From: Octopus sinensis
Lineage: Eukaryota
Direction of reading: 5' to 3'
NCBI RefSeq assembly: GCF_006345805.1
Contig: NC_043000.1
Location: 42,718,001 to 42,782,000, forward strand
Length of the DNA stretch: 64,000 nt
How positions within the stretch are numbered: the first letter of the stretch is position 1; every line of letters starts with the position of its first letter. The translations under genes were made by a program, and so were the position numbers. Shown here one piece after another: positions 52,896 through 64,000 of the stretch. The notes beneath the pieces were generated by a model. It was not told the origin of the DNA. It ran no database searches and saw only the letters and a program-made list of their open reading frames with translations.

Positions 52896-55032
52896 AAGAA
52901 TATTTAGACTGTCGAAAAAGTCCTACCGTATATATATGAAGGTCTATTTAGTTCTGTGTTCAGATCTTACCGTGCCGAGTCAAACTTAACCTTTTATTCT
53001 TACGAAGTCGACGAAACAAAATGCCAGTCAAGTATTGTAGGTCAATATACCTATGTCTATAGTCCAAATTTATGGACTCATATCTAAGTTAAAAATCTGT
53101 ATTATTAGTCTCTTGAGAGCGATTCCTTGGGAAACTTGGAATATAATGTGCCTTTGTATCCTGACACACCCATTCTCTTAAGGACTTTAGAAGATAAGTA
53201 AGAGTAACCTACTAAGACCGAGTTTATATATTTTTTACTTCTCTCAATTCTGCCGTCACAGCTAAACATTCCTTCTTTCAATGCACAAGTACTACTAAGG
53301 ACTTTAGGATGTTATTCGTCATTTATTCCCAGTCGATTAATTTGAGAAATTATTCTGATTTTCACTCTCGTGGAAGTTCTTACACTTTAATTACAGTGGT
53401 TGTTTGTTTCCTATTGTATGAGTTTTTTTGAGAGACAACCAATGGTTAGGACAGTTTTATGGGTACGGTATAAAAAGTGTATAGCCGAAGCCAATATGCT
53501 TCTGCCTTATGCAATGCTTTTCTTTCACTGCATGGCTATGATAGGACATTCTAACCACGACCATATGTCAAAGGGTATTTTGTTTTAACAAGAGAATGGT
53601 TTGGGTTATAAGAGAGATTCCACTGCTATTTCTAGTACCTCAGAGAACAAATTACACGGGGATAGGGAACTCTTAACATGTAATGAAATAAGGTCTACAT
53701 TAAAAATTGAAACTCCTGCTGAAGAAATCTCTAAATAAACACAAAGGAAAATAGTCTGTACTTGCATATACGTACCTGCAATTCCATGCAAAAAATTTTC
53801 CCGTCCCTAATTTCTAACGCAGAAAGAACGATGTATAATTGCCAACTGATATATTTGTTAGATTGCAATTCTGCGTTTAATTCATAAATCGATGAGAGAG
53901 AGAACAAACTGTATGACTGATAAGCGTTTTAGAAGGGGATTATTTGGAAAGGGGATTTGTCTCTCCAAATCATCTTTCTATAACTGCCATATGTCCTTTG
54001 TAGCTCGCCATAGAGTAAGCATATTCCCTATTAAATGTCCCACTGCTCCTCCTCCTTACCCTCCTCCCATCCTGCTCCTCCTCCTCCTCATCATCATCAT
54101 CAGTGTCATATCGACAACACCATCTACCACCATCATGAATATCATGATCATCATCATTAGTCGTAATAACAACGACTGCATCATTACCCTCATAACTATC
54201 CTCATTTTATGCAGACTGTATGGGAGAGCATTTATGTTGGCCTTCGATATTGGGTTGACGGTAGGTAAAAGCGACAATGCACCGGAGGAAACCTTAGACG
54301 TCGATGAAAATTCACTTGCTGCACAGTTCTGGAGAACTTTTAGTCCAGAGCATATGTTCAATTTTCAAATGGCCCTCACTTTGCAGTGTTAGTCTATGGC
54401 GTATTGCTGGGTCAAGATAATCTCAATAGCCACAGAAGTACCGTCAGACGGGTTTTTCTCAGATGCTTGTAGAGCGGCGAAACTGTTTAGCATGCACTCA
54501 CTTAGCGACTAAACATTGACAACTTGAGGAATTAAGTCGAACACCAGCTGTTAAATGTAACACGGATCGGGTTATCTTATGAGTCTGATATCAAACTTGT
54601 TATGATGCCTTCTTTCAATAAGATGGACATATAGTTATTTTTATTTGTATAATGGCATTAGCAAAACTAATTGTGTTGTGGAAATAATGGCAAAACATGA
54701 AGGCCGACGCGTTCCTTTCCAGCTAAGCCCGCATCTGCTTTTTCAAGATCCCTTAGAAGGAAAGGGGAATTTGGGGAGGGATGTGTTATCTAGTAAGTTT
54801 GGCGAAAAAACGGATGAGAGTGGTAAGAACGTTCGATTGAAGATGCTTTCTTAATTCACGTGCTTTTTGGAATTGGAGGGATACAGTTTGGAATAGGTGC
54901 GTGTCATTACGATCAGGATGACCAGGATTTGAAGAGCATTACTTGTTTAATGTATGTTTTTTGGGTGTTTTTTTGTTTACATTTTGTTTTCTTGCCAACC
55001 CCACCTCTCTGTTCTTGAAATTATTATTATTA

Positions 55033-55075
<43 letters not shown>

Positions 55076-55115
55076 TATTATTATCATCAACATCACTATT
55101 ATTATTATTATTTAG

Positions 55116-55316
55116 ACGGCGAACTGGCAGAATCGTTAGCGTACCGCACAAAATGCTTAGCTGTATTTCTTGTTCTGAATTAAAAGTTCATCGAGGTTTA
55201 CTTTGCTGTCCAGTTTTCCGGGGTGGTTGATATAAGTACCAATGAAATATTGGGGTTGAGGTAATCGGCTAGTTTCCTTCTCTTAAATATGTGAGCTACG
55301 TGCTCATAGTATTATT
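55116..55316 (+). mobile_element. SINE family 1, diverged
   Basis: GACGGCGAACTGGCAGAATCGTTAGC head. Confidence 0.7.
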
Positions 55317-55317
55317 C

Positions 55318-55947
55318 TTTTCTACTCTAGACACAAAGCTCGAAATTTTGAGGAAGGATGCCAGTCGATTACATCTATCCCAGTACGTAATTGGTACTTA
55401 ATTTATCGACCTCGAAAGGATAAAAGACAAAGTTGACCTCGGCGGAATTTAAACTCAGAACATAAAAACAGACGAAATACCTATTTCTTTATTGCCCACA
55501 AGAATGCTATAAAAATGCAAATCATCATTTCTTTCTTAAATAGGACTTCTTGATCTTTTCCATTCCGTGAAATTTATACGGGTCCTACTAGTATATATAC
55601 ATATATATCTCGCTAAGATAAGTATTTATTTATATTTAAGATCTTCAAATTGTAAATTTTAATATTTTATAAGTCTTTGGTGTAATAATATTTCCTTATG
55701 TAAATATCGTTGTTTATGTAATGATCTAATTATCGTAATTATAGACGGGACGAACAAGGACAAATAAACGGATTAAGTCGATTAGATCGACCCCAGTGGT
55801 GCGTAACTGGTAATTAATTTATCGACCCCGAAAGGATGAAAGGCAAAGTCAACCTCGGCGGAATTTGAACTCAGAAGGTAACGGCAGACGAAATGCCGCT
55901 AAGCATTTTGCCCAGCGTCCTAACGTTTCTGCCAGCTCACCGCCTTG
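55318..55947 (-). mobile_element. Dimeric SINE family 1 interrupted by a 240-bp insert (55500-55740)
   Basis: Two cores, the same AATAAAGAAA|TAGGTATTTCGTCTG junction as at 14932, and tail A split by the insert. Confidence 0.85.
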
Positions 55948-56467
55948 TGCTTATAGTATTATTATCATTATAGTTGTAGTTGCTGCTGTTGTTGTATTAG
56001 GTGTTGCTTTTCTTTAGTACTTGCGAGTTTTCTTTCCAGAAATTATTTGGAAATCGACATTATTCGCTATTCAAATCTCAAAGTTACAATATAAACATGC
56101 GAGAATGCATTTGTAGCGTTTCAATGTTTCATCTAGCCAAATAATTCATCAATATTAGTTTTTCTAGCCTATTTATATTGGATATATGTTATTCTAAAAC
56201 AGATAATTGTACGGTATCAACATTATTTGTTTTTTTCTCGCCAATATTGTACGTGATATGTATAAATAATCATATTTGGATAGATGCATATAAATCCATA
56301 TTGGGTGTTTCACAACAAATTCTTCAAAAACAAACTAAAAGAAAATATGCGAGAATCAACGTAGAAACGAAGAAACTAGGATTAAGCAACTGTTGCTAAA
56401 AATCCATTCATAAAAAAGGGCATTAATACTAAACGAAATTATTTAAATAAATAAATGCTTTGTTGTA

Positions 56468-56640
56468 GGTGCGGAATGTTTGGGCAGTTAAGAACCTCGC
56501 TTTGGAGTCACATGTTTTCTGGTTCAGTTCCAGTATCCAGCATCTTGGGTAAGTGTCTTCAAGTATACCCCCAAGTCGAGCAATGACTTGTGAACAAATT
56601 TGGTACACAGATATTGTGTGTTTGGAAGACCGAAATATGT
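56468..56640 (+). mobile_element. SINE family 2, diverged 5' part
   Basis: GGTTCAGTTCC B-box-like motif and ATCTTGGGTAAGTGTCTTC. Confidence 0.6.
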
Positions 56641-56656
56641 ATACACACACACACAC

Positions 56657-56695
<39 letters not shown>

Positions 56696-56742
56696 AACAC
56701 ACACACACACATACACACAGATATGTATGTATATAAATATAA

Positions 56743-56800
<58 letters not shown>

Positions 56801-56825
56801 TAATAATAATAATAATAATAATAAT
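56640..56825. repeat. (CA)n and (AAT)n microsatellites
   Basis: Directly visible. Confidence 0.95.
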
Positions 56826-57863
56826 TTGCTTGTTTGTTCGCTCGTTATACATTAGTTACAGAGGTGAAGCCGCAGTGAGTGAGAGGTGAAGAGTGAGAGA
56901 GAGAGGGGGTGGAGTGAAGAAAGAAGATAGGAAGAAGTAGAGAAAGGTAATTAATATTAATACACTTTGGCCAAATGGTCACGTGGTCAACAGAAGGTAA
57001 AGGTGAAGAACGAGAGAAAAATGACGGCGAGAGATAAAAGGGAGAGAGAAGTGTTAACGACGTGCGATGAGGTAGGGAAGGAATACTTACTACGTGGTTA
57101 CAAAGTTAGCTGAAGGTTAAGGTAGATAGAGAGAGATGGACAAGAGAGGCAGTTAAATTGAAAGTTAGAGAGAGACTGAAAGAGAAAGCGGTGGTGGTGT
57201 GTTGATATTGAAAAGTAATTTTTTATACTGAAGTAATTTTTTTATAGCGACAATCGCATACGCATAAGTGCAAATATTTATTATCTGCTCGCTTAAAAAA
57301 TTGATATTTGTTTGATGGTGTTATTTAGTATAAACTATGTATTCACAAGAAACATGGTTGCAAGCTCCTTGACAAAGGATGCGCAGACATAGAGCACGCA
57401 TCAGAGAGGAAAAAGCCAACACCGACAGACACGTGAGGAAATGTGTGTAGATGAATGCCAAAACTATTTAAAGAAAGCTAAACTAAGAATGCTATAAAAA
57501 TGCAAATCATCATTTCTTTCTTAAATAGGACTTCTTGATCTTTTCCATTCCGTGGAATTTATACGGGTCCTACTAGTATATATATATATATATATATATA
57601 TTATACAAATTTTCATCTGTCCTGCCCGCCAAATTTGGTTCTGGTGTTCGCTGAATTTTTCCTCTAGAGAACTTTCTTTGTAGTTTGATCGTTGATGATC
57701 TATTTCTAGCATACGGCCGACTACCTAGCAGTCTTGCCCTGCCAATATACACATATATTAGAATTTTCTCTGATTTCTCAGATTTTTTGTATGCTAGACT
57801 ACTGGTTTTAAAGTGATATTAAAATTAATATTAATTTATTTCCCTCATTATTTATATATATTA

Positions 57864-57939
<76 letters not shown>

Positions 57940-58849
57940 TGTGTGTGTGTGTGTGTGTGTGTGCATGTCTCTGTGTCTGCGATTGCTCTCCATCGCTAAG
58001 CAACATGTTAGTATGAAGGGATCCTCTACATACTACAGACACAAAATTATTTATATTATTTACATTATTTACATTTGACGGATATTTGTCCTCATCTTGT
58101 TTGTTGTTAACACAACGTTTATGATTTAAAGTACATGAAACATAGCCGATGGCGTTGTATTTTGTGTCTTCCTGTTGACCGCGTAGCAAGTAACCGAGGA
58201 ACTCAACTGCTATGCTTGCTCGATATCGAAACAATTGCTTTGTTTACATAGCTTCAAAAATCATTCATAGACTTACTAGTTTTAACTGAGTAAAATGCAA
58301 ATAGTTAATTTATTTTTAGTGGGTAAAGAACAGATATTACGAGAGGGAAGAACCAATACGCTAGCACCAGACTGGAATAGCCACGTATATTTTCGGGAAT
58401 TTTCGAATTGCTTTTCGTTTCAGTAAAATCATAGAGATAATGCATGTATAAGAGAAAATATAGTAATTGTTTTGTAGGAGTATATTATTGGATTTATCAA
58501 AAACAAAATTCTAAGAATGTTTCTCGATACAATATTATAAAAAATAGCATAAACATCTTTATATATGGACAAACACATACATCTGAGTGTGTGTTTATAA
58601 ATATAGATTACATATATCTATTTGTGTGTGTAAACATTTACATGTAAATTCTATATTTATATATATGTATATATAATTGCATATATATGAATAGGCATAT
58701 ATGAAGCATGAACCTCTTTGTATATATGTGTATAATATGTGTTAGATATATATATATATATATACACACACAGACAGATATATAGAGAGAGATAAATAGA
58801 TAGATAGATATATGTATATATATATACATATATGCAGACACACATACAA

Positions 58850-58887
58850 ATATACATACACATACATACATATATACATATACGTAG

Positions 58888-58949
<62 letters not shown>

Positions 58950-58956
58950 ATATATA

Positions 58957-59023
<67 letters not shown>

Positions 59024-59070
59024 ATATATCTATATATATATATATATTATATATATATGTATATATATAC
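58850..59070. repeat. (TA)n microsatellite
   Basis: Directly visible. Confidence 0.95.
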
Positions 59071-62000
59071 CGACACATATTTTGTTATGTTTAATATAAT
59101 GGTTTATGTGATAATACTTTGCCGAAAGAAATTGTTTCTTTTCTATTCATACTCATCATAATCTTACAGGTTTTAAATTCTCATAGAATTTGTTTTTTAT
59201 GTTTTCATTTGTAAAAATGTATTCCTTGCAGAAGAGTGCTTGTCGAATACATAAAAAGAGAGTTTTTACCATCACGACTGATACTGATTATATTCTATTC
59301 TGGAGTACATGAAGCAATCTCTTTTCTTCTTTTTAGAAGCTGTTTTATATTTTTATGTTGTTGAAATGAAAATATTATGAAATATAGTGGAAACTGTAAT
59401 TGCATCATTGAATTAAGAGAACAAAAATATAGATAGCGTGTACGTTGCATTACACTTCAGTGTAGTGTGTGAGATTGACAGCAGTTATTGAAATACGGAA
59501 TACAATGGAGATTGCAATGGAATCTCTGCGTTCGTACATACGCAAGCGTGTAAAAATAGCAAACTAATTTATTAGAAATCGCACCCAAATGGAAACATAC
59601 GTTACGTTATATAATTCCTGGTACATTAAGCTTGCATATCATGTACGTGTGTATTTGCGTGTGTTTACACACACATATACATACACTCATAAACAGACAT
59701 TCATAAACAAGGACTGGCATGGACGCACACATATCAATATACAGTAAAGCAAAGCAGAGAACGTATTAGAAAATGTATAATGAATTTGAGGAAGCTCCAA
59801 CTGCACATATTAAGTTTGCCGCTGGGGCATATTAAACAGACATGCATCTGATCATGTGCTTTCGTGATATACAGAGATAGATTTGACATCGCCTGACATA
59901 TCTCTTGGTATATTCACAACTTGTCACATAAGAAGAAAAGTCTAGGTTAATTACTTTAAAGATATATTACGTTTTCTACCACACGCTATTATGATTATAG
60001 ATCTCTGTTAACAATTTATTCCCGAGACCGTCAAATCACAAATGCAAATTAGTGTGGTCATTTCGGTTATAGCCATTTTGCTATATGCTATATGCTATGT
60101 GCAAAGGAATGAGCAGGACTTGTTTGTTTCTGATAAATGATCCGGAAATTATGAAACATAAGATAATCTCCCATTTTTTCTGTGTATGGAAAAAAACTAA
60201 TGTATTCATTTCATAGAAAAGGATTCAAAACAGCCACTTAAAAATTCTTAAATTTATTCCATCTTTTTAAATAGATGTTGCGCCATGTGTCAGTATTTAA
60301 TTATTAAATGAAGCAACTGACAATTGCACGATAAGCAAAGTTGTGTAACTGTTAGAGCTACGTTCTAGTTTGACACTGAGTGAGATTGCGATTTAAGTTA
60401 ACCACTCTTGTGAAGTAGAACAATGTGTGGTACTTGCCTTTTGATGAATGATCCCTCTATAGAATATCATAACAGGTTAATCACCGTTATGTTTGTTGTG
60501 TGGAAGATTTACAACTATAAATATAAACAATGACCGCTAGATGTACATAGACGTGACACAAGAGCATCCGTAAAATAATCCTTTGGGAAGAAATGTCCTC
60601 CACTTATGGTTGTAGCTATGATTTCTGACAGAACATGGACACAAAAAGCAAGAAAAAAAGCAAAAAAAAAATTAAAAACAATCCTTCTCATCCACCCAGA
60701 AAACTTTACTGGAATGCTTGATTTACTAATACAGCACTGTGTTGGTAGCAGAATTATTAATCATACAGTTATCATTGTTTGCCCTTCTTGCCTACCATAC
60801 TGTGATACAAAAATAAGATTTGTTTTAAATGTTTAGAGTTGAGAGTAAAAAATGTGAGCAAATTCCTTCTGTTTTAAATTAGTGTCAGTATTATCAAATG
60901 ACACTTTAGATTATTTTTGTAGATACAAAATCATGATTAGTGCATCTTTTCTACTTACCGCAAGTTAAGTATTCGTAAAATCTAAATGTTTGATTAATAT
61001 CTCATGGAAAGCCTCAAAACCTTTTTATATATGTCAAAAAATACATCGGGATGTACCATCCTTCCATTTTTGTGAAACCAGCTCAATCATCTTGTTAATT
61101 ATCAGAAGGTCACTTTTCTTACAAATTTTTGCTCGGAACATTTACATTCTTTTCTTCACAAGAATAAACTGGAGTTCAATGGTAAATAGGATATCAAATG
61201 TTCTTATAGTTCTCGAGTTTAAATCGTCAGCGTAGGTTTTGTGGAAGAAATTCATTGAACTGGAAGTAAATAAATATATGTTATTGCATGAATCTGTATA
61301 AGACAGATCTGCATCCCACAGAGTGAAGAATCTATCATTTACTTATGATATGTGAAAGACGTGCAACGCACGGATTAGTTATAGATTCGTTACTGCACAA
61401 TATAGGCTGGTTTAAAGTTGTGATAGAGAGAACGATGTATATTTGATCAATAATGAAGTCTTCAACTGGTAGAACGTACAAATGATCCAGCAATCATTTT
61501 ATGCAACGATAATTACATGTATGCATGTTTTTCCTGCATATAAATGTTTATAAGTCATGCATCTTTGGTTGTTTAGCAATTTGGTGAAAGAATCCCCAAT
61601 TAAAGTGGCTGTTATCAGCAACACAGATCTTTCAGTATCAAAAGCTGTCCATAATACATGTTAAATTTGCAATATTTATTGTTTCCCTATAATCATTAAA
61701 CAAAGCTTTATTTGCTGGTATTCGTTGTCTTTTGCACTGATATGTCTTTAAGGTTCGTTTCGTTCTTATTTGGAATGTAGTTATCATACATATGTCTATG
61801 TTGTTAATATATATAATTCGTATATAATTTGGAAATAGGATTTTTTCTCTCTTTCTAAACTGTACATTTAGTAATATTGTTTTTCTATAAAATTGCACGT
61901 ATTCTTCTGTTTTTAGACTCTGACATCAAACGTTTCACGATTTGAATGATACCATGACACAACAATTTTCGTTAAAGCTTGTTTTAAATTTACACATCTT

Positions 62001-62453
62001 ACCTTATATACATATTGTTTTTCAACAAGGAGAATTAATTGAAATCTAATTCTACATATTTTTCATTTTTGCTTCTTTCCTGTTTTTTCTGTGCATTCAC
62101 TTTATTCAATTTTGTATCCTACAATGATGCTACCTTTCATGTAATGCAATGAATATTTAAATTCCTTTTCGCAGTTTTTGAAAATTAAAAGAATCCATGT
62201 TTAACAGTGCAAAATATAATTCGTTTTATTATCACAGTTTAATGTATTTTGATGCCGAACCCCCTGCACGCCATCACATAAATGTTTTCTGTTTACTTAA
62301 ATATACGTTGTTCTATATAGGTTAACATTTTTGAATATAATTTCTTTTGTTAAACTGAGCTATTTTGTAGCTTTGTATGTATATGTATACATGTGAAAAT
62401 ACATACATGCATATATACATACACGCACACACACCCACGCGCGCACAAACATA

Positions 62454-62500
<47 letters not shown>

Positions 62501-62724
62501 ACACACATATATATATATATATAATATGAATATATGTGTTTTTTTTCAATGTGTAGAAATAACACGGAAAGAAATAGTTACCAAGGTAGAAAAAATTCAC
62601 ATACTACCAATAATGAAACAGCCTACTTATAAAGGTAGAAATTCGAGGGTTTAGTGAAATCTTTTTAGATAACATATATAAATCAATAAATGGAGTTAAG
62701 CAGTTGCCATTCAAATCTTTACAC

Positions 62725-62932
62725 TTCCGACACATGTTTCGAAGAAAACATTGGTATTATTTCAGAAAAAATAAAATGATGTAAAACAGTGCAATCTTCT
62801 CATCAGGGATCACATTCGGTTAAAATGTCTTATTGCTTTTCTCTTTTTCCCCTATGAGAAGATTGCGTTGTTTTACATCGTTTTATTCCTTCTGGAATAA
62901 TACCAATGTTTTCTTCGAAATATATGTCGGAA
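62725..62932. repeat. Inverted repeat (arms 62725-62808 and 62850-62932, 41-nt spacer)
   Basis: The arms are reverse complements with scattered mismatches. Confidence 0.93.
62726..62809 (-). ncRNA. Minimal type I hammerhead ribozyme with canonical core
   Basis: TCC-CTGATGA-GAAGA-(about 50 nt)-TCTTC-GAAA-CATGT-GTC-GGA: intact CUGAUGA/GAAA core, G10.1-C11.1 pair, palindromic ACATGT, GUC cleavage triplet. Confidence 0.75.
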
Positions 62933-63074
62933 ATATGAAGATCTGAGTAACACCTCCGTATATATATATATATATATATTATGTACGTATGTATGCATAT
63001 ATGTATGTATAGTTGTGTATGAACATATATTGATTCCTTCCAGCGATATCTAATAGACCTACCAAAGACCCACG

Positions 63075-63850
63075 AGGTTTCCTTGGAAACAATCGATAAT
63101 ATAGAGGAGACAACCCCTTTTTCGATATGCCTGGAACTCGGACAGCCAACGTTAAAGGGAAAAACAGAATTTCAGTACAAACTTCGGTGAGCGACAAACC
63201 CAACTTCACCGCAATTTTGGCTTGTATGACTGACGATACGAAACGTACCCCGGCTGTTTTTTTTCAAAAGAAAGACTTTCTCGAATGAGAAGTTTCCGAA
63301 GCATAGTAGTGTATTTCAGGCGAAAGGTCGGGTTAATGAAACCGTATTGACGAACTGGTTAAATGAAGTGTGGGTCAAGAGCTCAGGGATTATGCTTATT
63401 CAAAGTCGCTTCTTCTAGGGGATATGTTTAAGGTTCATCTGATCGACAGCATAAAAAAATAGATTAAAGGAGCGTCGTACCTACTAAGCTGTGGTTCCCG
63501 GTGGATGTACATCTGTGTCGGTGAACAAGCCTTTTAAGGTGAAAATGCGTGCCAAATGGAATGAATGAATGATTAATGGTGTCAAGGAAATGGCAAAGGC
63601 TAGACACTTTAAAAGCCCTGGCCTTAAGACTGCAGGTGTGTGATAGATTCATGGGCTGAAATACCGAGTAAAATTGTGATGAAATTATTTTTGAAATGCG
63701 GAATCTCAAATTTCATGTATGGTATGGAAGTTGACGAACTATATAATAACTTCGTTTGTTCAAGAAATGACAGCCCCAGTGCTTCATCAGTGAATGAATA
63801 TCAGACAAGTGAAGACGAGGATCATGGTGTATACGACGAGACCATCACAA
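63075..63850 (+). mobile_element. Degraded pogo/Tigger-type DDE_1 transposase
   Basis: NIEET..FDMPG..KG..FTAILAC..F.KRKT..KG...WLNEVW..SLLLGDMFKVH..AVVPGGCTS..VNKPFK..SWAEIP..FLKCGISN; stops, frameshifts and a deleted LQPLD motif. Confidence 0.88.
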
Positions 63851-64000
63851 CGGATGAGTTTTACCAGTTATTTGGTAAAATCGATTCTTCTTTTATTTAT
63901 TCTTCCAATTTTTGCCACAATGTTTCATACACTTCTTTACAATTTAAAACAGAATATTGTACTTTTTTCCAGTCATAACACGTTCGATTGCATGGTTTTC

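Noticed and set aside
54214-54400. Plus-strand exon candidate (TVWESIYVGLRYWVD) and the 166-aa ORF
   Set aside because: The ORF is half low-complexity, and the exon is short with no supporting neighbours.
58040-58115. Possible Penelope pLTR fragment with AAACGTTGTGTT (minus strand)
   Set aside because: Truncated before any ribozyme core; the assignment rests only on recollection.

Overview
AT-rich, microsatellite-saturated eukaryotic DNA. The repeat repertoire (tRNA-derived SINEs, RLE-type R4/Dong-like LINEs, DD37D mariners) suggests a mollusc, probably an octopus; this is inferred from pattern recognition, not a database search. No complete protein-coding gene is evident, and most listed ORFs are microsatellite translations. 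Supported content: fragments of several R4/Dong-like LINE lineages embedded in (AAT)n tracts, including a near-intact 1.6-kb copy at 39808-41452; a Tx1/L1-clade LINE 3' end flanked on both sides by (TCTA)n; two SINE families; four maT/DD37D mariner fossils; a pogo fossil; and Penelope-type minimal hammerhead ribozyme motifs. The most notable observations are: a SINE 3' tail matching the Tx1 LINE 3' end at 34/42 ungapped positions (a candidate SINE/Tx1 partnership); chains of elements nested in each other's (AAT)n tails; a 478-bp near-perfect palindrome of exon-like unique DNA; and an inverted pair of hammerhead motifs. Several minus-strand exon candidates are reported at low confidence. All alignments were done by eye.
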